DNA from: Chara braunii
Lineage: Eukaryota > Plantae > Charophyceae
Assembly (NCBI GenBank): GCA_003427395.1
Contig: BFEA01000007.1
Span: 377,112-432,036, forward strand
Direction: 5' to 3'
DNA length: 54,925 nucleotides
In this document: positions 39,462 through 49,281 of the stretch, piece by piece
Position numbering within the stretch: position 1 is the first letter of the stretch
How the letters are laid out: each line of letters opens with the position of its first letter
Notes under the pieces: model-generated
Told to the model about the DNA's origin: nothing
The model's database searches: none
The model's input: the letters and a program-made list of their open reading frames with translations, nothing else
Made by a program: the position numbers and the translations under genes

Positions 39462-39886
39462 CATGGTTGCCCCGGACCCGGACACCGGGCCCGGACCCGT
39501 GTCTGGATTAATCCGGAAGTCTGATAATCTGACACCGATCTAGACAACCGGACATACAGAACCGACCGGTCCGGTTATGAACGAACAGGTCCGGATGTCC
39601 GAATTGAAAAATATAAAATAATAAACAAACAAACAAACAAACAAACACATGCACAGACACACTGCTGTAGTTGTATTATCCGACTTATTTTGAACACACT
39701 CACATACACACACAAACCGCTTTTCTCAAGGGTGTTGCTACCTCAGGGTGATGTCGTGAGTCCTTATTCATCAGTCAAATGAATCCTGGGCAGACTGTCG
39801 GGGTTCAACCTCCTGATGAGTCGGTGAAAGGCCGACGAAACAGTCTGGCACAGTCATGCTTTTTTTTAGTGTATAGCGAATATGAC

Positions 39887-39941
<55 letters not shown>

Positions 39942-40200
39942 TCTCCTTGGCTCGCTGAAGCTCACCCAGATTGCAAGTACAGGCCCTTCAAGACCGGTCT
40001 GGTTGGCCGAACGGTGCACAAAAAACTGCGCCAACAATTTTTGGGGGTCCGTCAGGCACTGGAAAATTGCCTGGGGACCCCCTTTTTTTCCGAAATTTCT
40101 TGAAATCGGGCCCAACCAAACCCCTCAAACCAGACATAGGATCCGGACATCCAGACCGGACCGTCTGGATCCCGAACCGGACGTCCGGTTGACAACCATG
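39462..40200. mobile_element. hAT-type MITE carrying a hammerhead-bearing insert
   Basis: TIR CATGGTTG/CAACCATG; 8-bp TSD GTTTATTT (39454-39461 and 40201-40208). Confidence 0.82.
39791..39847 (+). ncRNA. Intact type III hammerhead ribozyme
   Basis: CAGACTG-TC|GGGG ttcaa CCTC-CTGATGA-GTCGGT gaaag GCCGAC-GAAA-CAGTCTG: all three helices pair and the core is canonical. Predicted cleavage after C39799. Confidence 0.9.
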
Positions 40201-40299
40201 GTTTATTTCTAATTGATTACTTTCTTGATTTTTTATTTCTTATTTTATTAAATTATTTATTTTACTATTGCGTGTTTTTTTTTATGACAATATTTGTGT

Positions 40300-41130
40300 A
40301 TGTGTGTGTTTGTGTTGGGGGGAGGGGAGGGAGGACCCCTCCCCCACCAATCAATCAATCAATCAATCAACCAAAAAATCAATCAATCAGAAAAACAATC
40401 AATCAATCAATCAATATTTCTGAATTTTTCCTTTTTTTTTTAATGTTTTTTTTTCACACACCACACCCCCCCCAAAAAAAATCTTCTTTTTCAACTTTTT
40501 TTTCTTCAAGGGGTTAGGGTCGGGATTCCGAAATCTCAATCTGCTACCCCCACCCCCAACCCCCTCTCCCCTCGGCCGGGGCGGGCCACGGCCGGCCACG
40601 CCCGTCGCCGTCATGACCGCGACCTCGCAGCTGCGGCTGCAGGCCGCGGTCGTGGCCACGGTGACCACGGCCGCAGGGGATTCGTAGCCCTCCCCCACTA
40701 ACCCTTGCAAGATCCGATCTGAATCTGGGCACGACCTCCGACGACCCTTTTTTTTGTTTGTGTTTCCTTTTTCTTTTCGCACACAAAACTCAGACAACCA
40801 AAAAACAATTGTGAACCACTGCTTGTCCACTGGCCCAACAAACAAAAATGAAAAAAAATAAAAATCACCACAGGATTTATTTACTTCCTTTAATTTCGTT
40901 TTTTATTTTTTTTCCATCCTCAAAATATCAGGCCCCAAACAAAAGAAAAATTATACTTGTTTTGACCCTACACGCCTATATTGTTTTTTTGTTTTTTGCC
41001 TATTTTCTTAGGAATAAAAAATATCATAAAGCTTTCGGTTACACTCGACCGCAAGCGGTGGGCCCTGGCGGTCACCATCCCGACCGCATGCAGTCAGCAG
41101 CCCCATGGTCATGACCGCGGGTGATACATA
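40300..41130. mobile_element. Partial non-autonomous DNA transposon (TIR CTATGTATCACC family; other ends at 44581 and 54520)
   Basis: GGTGATACATAG ends at 41130; CTATGTATCACC starts at 44581 and 54520. GC-rich subtermini, and an internal G-tract/(AATC)n segment shared with 44890-45000. Confidence 0.55.
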
Positions 41131-41281
41131 GCCGCGGGGTTCGGATCCCAAAATGGGAATGAATCTTCCCGCGCGCACGGAAGATTCATTCTCATTTTGC
41201 ACATTTGAGACGTGNNNNNNNNNNNNNNNNNNNNNNNNNNNNNNNNNNNCCTGTCTTTTCCTATCTGACGTAAGTCCGGGC

Positions 41282-41317
41282 CTATCTCTTATACACATCT
41301 AGATGTGTATAAGAGAC

Positions 41318-41319
<2 letters not shown>
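41282..41319. other. Nextera mate-pair junction adapter (assembly artefact)
   Basis: CT(A)TCTCTTATACACATCT-AGATGTGTATAAGAGACAG beside an N gap. Confidence 0.95.
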
Positions 41320-41354
<35 letters not shown>

Positions 41355-42845
41355 TCTTTCTTTTTCCACGCTCCCATTTCTTTGTTTTTGGCTAGTTTTC
41401 TTCGTTTTGTTCTGTTTTTTTTTCGTTTTTCGTTAGTTTTTTTATTTCCTTGGTTTGCCCGGTCCTCGGGTAGCTACCCGGCGGCCAAAGAACGACCGTG
41501 CCGCTTTCAAGCAGGGAAAGGTACTTCAAAATCCTGGAGCCCCTGGATGTATCTGGACTTAGCTGTAAGTCCAGGGGTTACAACGTTTTAAGAACGCCAG
41601 AGCCTGAATTTTGTCAAAATTCCGACCTCAATCGGGCCAATTTCGTGGGTTTCAATTTCGTTCAAAACATAAACAATGTCCATTTTGATGACATTGCTGT
41701 TCGTCCTGCTTGTTTAAGCAGGGGGCCGCAAGTCAAGTTTCCTAAGGTTTCGGTTTGCTCCACTCGTGCTGGCAGGTGGCTCCACTGTGGTTTCAGATTT
41801 CTTTTTCCTCCTCATAGTTTAAATCGGATGAACTTTCTTTTTCCTCCTCTCCTCCTCCTCTCCTTTCCTCCTCCTCCTCTCCTCCTCTTCCTGCAAATTG
41901 AATTCCGTCCTTTTGACTTCAAAGCGGCTTGCTCCTCTCCTCTCCTCTTTTTGCAACTCTGTCCTCTTGACTTCAAAGCTGTTGCTCCTCTCCTCTCCTC
42001 CTCCTCCAATTATGTCCTTTCAGATCATACTCACTCTAGGACTTTCCTGGATGTATATGACCGCATTTGCAACAATGCCTGAATGTACGTGACACGGTGA
42101 CAGCAATTACCTTGAATTACGTCCAAAGAGAAGACTTAGTGGAAATTTTGAAAAGGTCCTAGTGTGAGTTGGACCTCAATGTGAAGCTACTTTGCTTGGT
42201 ACCCGGTTCGAAAACTTCTCGCCTGAGAGACAGCGAGGTGTCCTCGCCCCCTAAAACAAACTTGCCCCCTAAAATTTAATAAACAATGCAGCACCTGTCA
42301 CAAGTGTTAGAAGTTAGAAACCAAAAGAATGTTTGAGGAAAGCTTGCAATGAATTTCAGGCCGTAAGAGGGGTTGAAGCATATGCTGCGACCCTGAAAAT
42401 TGGCAGAAGGAGATGCCATTGGGCAAGGGTACACAGAGCTGAGCAGGACTGACTGCAGAGGCGAAAATGGGAGATCAGTGTGCAGAGCTTCAAGTTGAAG
42501 CACAATGCATGCGTTTTGAACGGAAATGAGTGCAGTACACAAACAAGACAAATAGAAAATTAGTACGGGGAGATCTGAAGAAGATGATGAGATGGAAGGT
42601 GATCAGTTACTGTGGAAAAGCGCAGTTGTTAATTGGCAGTGTTGGAGTTCTCAGCACATCAAGGTGCGTTCTAATCTGGGCATTCTGTGGATTTCTGGCC
42701 AAGGCCGTCTTTTTCTAACCCATAATCTGGTATCAGTGAGCAAGAGAGAAAAGTGATCATGCTTGGTTGATCGAAATTGAAATGCAACTCGAAGTAACTT
42801 CAAAAACATTTTCAGGAAAGCACACACACACACACACACACACAC

Positions 42846-42883
42846 CTGTCTCTTATACACATCTAGATGTGTATAAGAGACAG
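42846..42883. other. Nextera mate-pair junction adapter (assembly artefact)
   Basis: Exact CTGTCTCTTATACACATCTAGATGTGTATAAGAGACAG. Confidence 0.98.
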
Positions 42884-42973
42884 ATCTTATGCATTTCTTT
42901 CGGATTTCTTCGAATTGNNNNNNNNNNNNNNNNNNNNNNNNNNNNNNNNNNNNNNNNNNNNNNNNNNNNNNNN

Positions 42974-43032
<59 letters not shown>

Positions 43033-43366
43033 ATGGCAGACGGCGTTCCTCTTTATTCTTGGGCAACAAATCACCCAAGTGACCCAACTAAGAAAAAAAG
43101 GGTACCTTTGGGCAGATATGGGCCATATCAGAGAGGGTAGTACGCCTCTGTACTTGAACAGAAACACCATGACAGCTAATTAAAACCCTCCTACAAGTTG
43201 TAGGAGGCTTTCAGCCAAATGACCTGCAGCGCTGCGGAGTCGAACAAATGGAATTCGGCTAACAGATCCCCCATACCGATCTCTGTTCCCATTGGCGGCT
43301 TCCTTCACTGCACAGGCAAAATAAAAAACACAATTTCAACCTCGGTTAGTTGCAGCGTGCCGCTGC

Positions 43367-43430
<64 letters not shown>

Positions 43431-44918
43431 GTCCCCTTGACTCCCCTAAAATTGCAGACCACTTTAATGGTATTATTGCAAACCTCGTCGATAACGTTGA
43501 CAACACCTTTTCATGTTTCCATTGTGAACAGGACCTAACAACAATTTGAAACCCAGCGCCCTTAGGCCAGCAAAACACCCAAATTGAATGGTGTTTTATG
43601 AGACCTTAGCTTTAAATCACCAGTACGAGCCCGGGGAGGCTGCCCTTTATATATAGTGACGTGGTGGTGATTATTCAGTCGGGTACGAAAAAAGAATTGC
43701 TCGGCAATTCAGGACCTGTCATGCTTGCACTTACAGGAAAAAAGAAGAAGAAGAAGGGGCAAGTACGTTGATGTCACTTTTGAGTATCGAATGAGCAAAA
43801 AAACACGCGCCGGCAAAGAAAACAGGTGCCAAGCTTGAAAAAGCAATGAAAGTACCAACGCCCATGGTGTCAGGCCGGGTGTCATAACTACAGGGGTTGG
43901 CCTTGAAGTTGGTGTCAGACGGGAAAGAAAGGAACAAAAAAGAAAAGCCCAACGGATTCTTTTCTACCCAAACTGCCTTTTCCCAACTCACGCCGTGATA
44001 TCCTTGCGAGCGCGTGTGTTTTTTGCCTTTGCGAACTCAAAACCTGCCGCGTAAGCCATTGTTTCAAAAAAAACAAAGGTGGAATCTGTACACATCACAA
44101 TGTACTCTGCTTTTCTTCTCTTCTAAAAGACAATGATATCTTGAGTACCTAGCACATTACAACAACAGGTGTGACCATGTGATCCTGGCTGAAAATATGC
44201 ACTAAGACATGCTATAGACGCGGTGAAACAATAGTGGCACAGCCTCACAGGCACTAACTACAGGATGACATTGTGCTATACCGCAATCAATGCGGTATAG
44301 AGCCAAAAGTACAAGACATGTGCAAAACTTATTTAGAGTATAGCTCTACTTCACAAGTGCTTCCTTCTCATAGTGGCATTTCTGTCGAAGTATCTGACCA
44401 TATTGACGCCCAAATCCAGTTGGAAAAACTACTACTCAGCGGTCAATTATGCCCGGCGATTCTTTCCACATTAACCTACACACATCTGCACGCCCAATCA
44501 GTGCTGTACCCCCATTCACTGGTCACAGGGTCCGTGAATGAATTCCCGTCACCGTCACAGAAATCGTGACCGGTTGTAGTCTATGTATCACCCTTGGCCA
44601 TGGCCGCAACTCAATGGCCACGGGCGGCCACGTTTGTGGCCACGGCGGCGGATGGCGGCCCCGAAGCCGCGGCCACAATTTTTACGGATTTTTGCCCACC
44701 GAAATAAAACGTAAGATTTTTTTTTTTTTAAATGGGGTTGTAGCCTTGTAGGGTTTTTCGAATCCTACAACCCCATATGTTTGTTTTGTTCCAAATCACA
44801 TTTTTTTGGTGTTAAAAAAACTAAAAACCTGCAAAAAAAACAAAGAAAAAAAACAAAACGAAAAGAAGAATTAAAAAAAAAAAATTCTGGTTGCGTGTGT
44901 GTGTGTGTGTAAGTGTGT

Positions 44919-44957
<39 letters not shown>

Positions 44958-45032
44958 CGGCGACCCCCCTCCCACCAATCAATCAATCAATCAATCAATC
45001 GAAAACAAAAAGTGAAAAAAAAAAAGTGGGCA

Positions 45033-45080
<48 letters not shown>

Positions 45081-45255
45081 AGATTTTCCCCACAACAGCC
45101 CCAATTGCACCCAGGTGAATAGATTCAGAAACAAAGCAGTTTTTGTCCTATTGCAGACAACAAGAGCATTTGAGATGTCCAACATATTAAAGCAATTTTA
45201 TAATTAGACAGTTTTTTGGTTGTCCTTGGGGTACCCCTTTCATTGTTCTTGCAGC

Positions 45256-48200
45256 TCCCCTTTTACTGTGCCTCTTACGCACAAGGCTGCCCACGTTGAT
45301 TGTGGTTGAGCGGCAGCTGCCCACATCCCCATGTGCCTTCACGGCCCACTTGCACGTTATTTCAGGAGGCAGAGTAAAAGGGAAGGTATGCTCCTGTGCA
45401 TCCCTTCAGAGCTTCGTACTCCTGTTCATTTCACTTCAGATCTTCAGCTTATACAGCTTTTGTGTCCATACTTCATCTTCACACTTTCGTTCATTTCATT
45501 TCTGATCTTCATATCGTCTATACTCTTAATGGTGTTCATTCGTAAGTATTTGTTGGTAGTACAAAGGGAGTGGAGGGGAGGGTGGAGGGTAACGGATATA
45601 AGGCGGAGTTCTCTGGGAGTATGGGGCAGGGGAGGTAGGGGCAGGGGAGGTAGGGGCAACGGGAAGGAAAGAAATATGTGGAGGGCAGGATAGAGTATGA
45701 CATGCAAAGAGCAGCGGAAAGGTGTATGAGGGGTTTCACAGATTTCTAAATATTCACCGCTGACGCAGACTTCTAACTTATGGCGAGTGGCCACCCCTAC
45801 AGACCGGACAGGACCAGTTTGGGTGTGGGCTATGGAAGCACCGCATCCAATTTTTGCAGTCACAGTTGCTGCATCGAACGGCACGGTGCAGACATATGTC
45901 ACAGGCTACGTGGCTCGTACATGCTAGGAACACAGAGGAACGCCGACCACAATTATAGAGGCATTGCCGTTCCAGCCCCTGTCTACAAATTGGACATGAC
46001 ATGTCAGGGTGCCGTACATGAGTACAGTACTGACTGTCATCGTACGTATCGAAGCAAAGGCTCGCATGGACTATACCTTCACAATCCTCANGGCACAAGG
46101 CATGTGAACCACATGCTAGTTGAATCTCCGGCGGGTCATCACAGAACGGCATGGAGCATCTTTCTTGGGCTTCCTGAGTATGTATTCCTTCTCTATGGGC
46201 AGACGATGACAGGGAGGATCGGTCCAATGCAAGGGCATTCAACTGCTGCAGGATATGATCCGCAACAGCTCGCCCTGGTGGTGATAAACTATGAGCACAT
46301 TGCTCTGCTGGCGGTTCATATAGAAGTCTATTTTCCTCGTCGGTTTGCTGTGTTCGTCGTTCGTCTGACAAGAAAGAGGGAGATCCGTCAGCAGTTGCCG
46401 AACACTATGGAGGGTGATGGCACCGGGGATAGTCCACGCAGTAAAGACACATACTTTCTATGGCAGCTTCCTGGAAGCATTGACGACATATGGCATGTTG
46501 CTGACATGTCATTAGTATGGAAGGCTGACGTGCACAGTTATTTAAGCATGGCAGATCAAGGCCACAACGGCATGCTGGGCAAGTAATCAAGGGGTGGGGG
46601 GGATGAGCACAGGACTGGGGATCACAATTTTTGTGTAAGAGGCTAGCAACGACCATCCCTTCATAGTGTTCGGAGCAGAGGCTATGTCGTGTACATGCCA
46701 ACCGAACTGTACCTGTGCGACGACACAAGGGAGGTCACAGCCATCATCCTGTGGAGAGGTCCTTTCACTGTTTGTGGTAGAATCTAGCAGGATTGCTCTC
46801 TGCGGGGTGCAGTGCTTGCAAATGCTCATCGACATATTGTTCCTGATAGAAAGAGTTAATATTTCCCACTGTGTGCACCCTACCGCCATTGTCCCATAGG
46901 GTCCATGAATTATCTGCAAAGGTAAGAGCACTGAAGTGACCTGGACGATACAAGATATATGCCCGAATATTCGGATCCGTGCCTGGCTCATGGTTTTGTA
47001 TCCAACAAGATATATGCCCGAATATAAGGATGCCCGAATACCAGCACTGAAGTGCAACATTGTTTGCAAGATATACCAGCACTGAAGTGCAATATTCGGA
47101 TCCGTGCCTGGCTCGTGGTTTTGTATCCAACAAGATATACCAGCACTGAAGTGCAAACAATGTACGACACGGTGCTCTTCTTCTATCCAACAAACAACGT
47201 CTGTGAAATCAGCAACAGTATAAGGATTACAATTGTAAGCAAGGAGACATACATTAATGGCATAGTACGCACAACGCCCTCGCTGTTGCGCTATGACATT
47301 GTCTGATTCCGCAGGTTGCGTGGGGAATCCGTTTACGGCAGGGGGATCCTCGTTCGATTCTCCAGGTTGCCCAGGTGGCGGAGACTCGTTGTGGTCTTGA
47401 CCAATTGGCTCCGGTATGTCCTTCGGAGAGAGATGATCTTCAACCGGGGGCTCCGTCAGGTAATTAGGAGACGGGCCACTGTCATTTGGGGCAGGGGAGC
47501 GAGTGGGGCTAGGTGGATGAGAGAGGGGCGGGTCGGGNGGGNGAGAACTGGGTGGACCAGATGTGGGAATCAGAAGCTGATCAGCCTCACTTGTGCTTAG
47601 GGCGGTTGCTGTGCAAACGCTGCACAAGTAGCTGCACCTCGTGTCTGGTGCACTCGTAAGCCTGCAGCACTAAATATATCATCGCCACATTGCGGGCATC
47701 GGACTCAATGTGCACTATTCCTCACTATTGTGTACTGAAAGCGAGGATGTCGTTCCATTCGGTTGCGGGCATGTCGTCGGAGCAGATCTCTTACCCCTGC
47801 AGAGGGCGCGGTGATCATGCCATTCAACGACAAACGAGGTCACTGTCTTGGAGTCCGTTCTGGAGACGGGGAAAGTCTCCGCCGAAGAGGCATCTGTAAG
47901 GATCGATCTAACAACGAATACCTCGGCTGACAGGGCCTTTGTGATTGTCGATCTGACCATGAGTGCGTTGATGATGAGGAGGTCGATGACGAGGAAGTAG
48001 AGGAAGAAGTAGGGGAAGAGGAAGAAGATGATGGGGATGACTAGGAGGATGTTGCAACAAAGGACGTCGGTGGGGGTGGAGGTGACGATGGTGGTGGTGC
48101 TGCTGATAATGATGGCAGTGATGGCGGTGGTGGTGCTGGTGCTGGTGCTGGTGCTGGTGGCGGTGGTGGTGGTGGTGGTGGTGGTGGTGGAGGCAGCAGT

Positions 48201-48259
48201 GGCAGAGGAGGTGGTGTACCTTCAGCAACAGCAACAACAAAAATAGTCATTGTATTGGT
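45256..48259 (-). mobile_element. Josephin-like/RING element, copy B (continues at 54426-54519 beyond the PLE2 insertion)
   Basis: Pro-rich region; C2HC finger RCPQCGDDIFSAAGLRVHQTRGAATC (~47624-47699); QQRGRCAYYAINVCL; ILYRPGHFSALTFADNSWTLWDN; four RING-like units ending CPVCRGGHSP* (45778). The 3' block at 45256-45356 is shared with copy A. Confidence 0.68.
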
Positions 48260-48268
48260 AGGATGCTG

Positions 48269-48932
48269 GCTGCTGGATAGGGCCTCTGATAGTTGCTAGC
48301 GTAACTGTAGTGACTGAGATTTGAACCCGGAGCTGTCGGACAGGGCCGTGGATAGCGCATTGTTCTAGCTGTAGTACTTTTTGGCCTTGGTTAAGGCTGT
48401 GCAGTTTGACCGCTGCGTTTTTTTTTATCCTTGTAGCTGTTGGATTTTTTTGCTTGCTGTAGTTTTCGCTGTTTCGGAATGTACCTAGTTCGCTTTCGTT
48501 TTGAACGCAGGACCGGGTACCTGTCTTTTCCTATCTGACGTAAGTCCGGGCCTAGTACGTGAGGCTTTGAGATGTCAGACTATATTAGTAATGATTGTGT
48601 AGCCTACTATCTTTTTGGGTCCTACGCCGTCCGACTTGCGGACTTTATGTCGGAGAAGTCGACCAAGGAGGAGGGTTAGTGGAACGAAGGTGTTTGTCAA
48701 GGGATGACGTATGGTGGACCTTCCCCCTGAGGAGACCACGTGGCGGCGGTCGAAACCGGTCGGGGTGCCATACCCACCGGCCGGAGCAATCATCGTACTT
48801 TGTACCTTCATTGTGCCTTGTCTACCGAGTGTGTACTTTTGTGCCTCTCAGTGTGCATTGTGTAGACCGACTGTGTACTTGTGTACTTGTGAATGTATGC
48901 TTTGCATGTATTTCACCATATCTTAGTTAACC
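48269..48932 (+). repeat. PLE2 5' pseudo-LTR
   Basis: Direct repeat of 53762-54425. Confidence 0.95.
48723..48765 (+). ncRNA. Type I minimal hammerhead ribozyme (PLE2 5' pLTR)
   Basis: CCCC-CTGAGGA-GACC..GGTC-GAAA-CCG-GTC-GGGG; distal helix I extension TATGGT/GCCATA. Confidence 0.88.
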
Positions 48933-49029
48933 TGCTGAAGGCGCGTGTGAACCCGCTCGGAAATGTAGGCTGAGTGCGTGTGAGCATGTTTATGTTTGTT
49001 TTGTCGTGACGATGAAAGTTTTGAAGTTG

Positions 49030-49140
49030 ATGATGTGAGTACCGAAGCTGACGATGATAGTATCGAAGCTGATGATGATAGTATCGAAGCGGATGACGAT
49101 AGTATCGAAGCTGATGATGACAGTATCGAAGTTGACGAGA
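49030..49140 (+). repeat. 21-bp tandem repeat (~5 copies) in the PLE2 5' UTR
   Basis: GTATCGAAGCTGATGATGATA-like units. Confidence 0.85.
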
Positions 49141-49281
49141 GTTACGATGTTGACAAGTTATGGTAGTCGATGAACGTTGGACTCTACCGCTCGATTACCT
49201 TGGTGGATCTACTGAGAATAATTGTATTCGAAGTGCAGGGGGATATCATTGTTACTAAGGAGGGGTTAGCTGCCCCCAACT

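Larger units (their letters stand above)
37981..39887 (+). repeat. Tandem array of three ~610-640 bp units, each ending in a type III hammerhead
   Basis: Unit = AT-rich flank, CATGGTTGCCCCG MITE arm (38172, 38823, 39462), CA-rich segment, hammerhead (38540, 39180, 39791). Confidence 0.88.

Noticed and set aside
42846-42883. Tn5 mosaic ends as a real transposon
   Set aside because: Exact Nextera junction adapter next to a gap.
48933-48975. Second hammerhead (CTGAAGG...GAAA) after the PLE2 pLTR
   Set aside because: A9 is missing, helices II and III do not form, and PLE1 has TTGAAGG. Kept only as a conserved motif.
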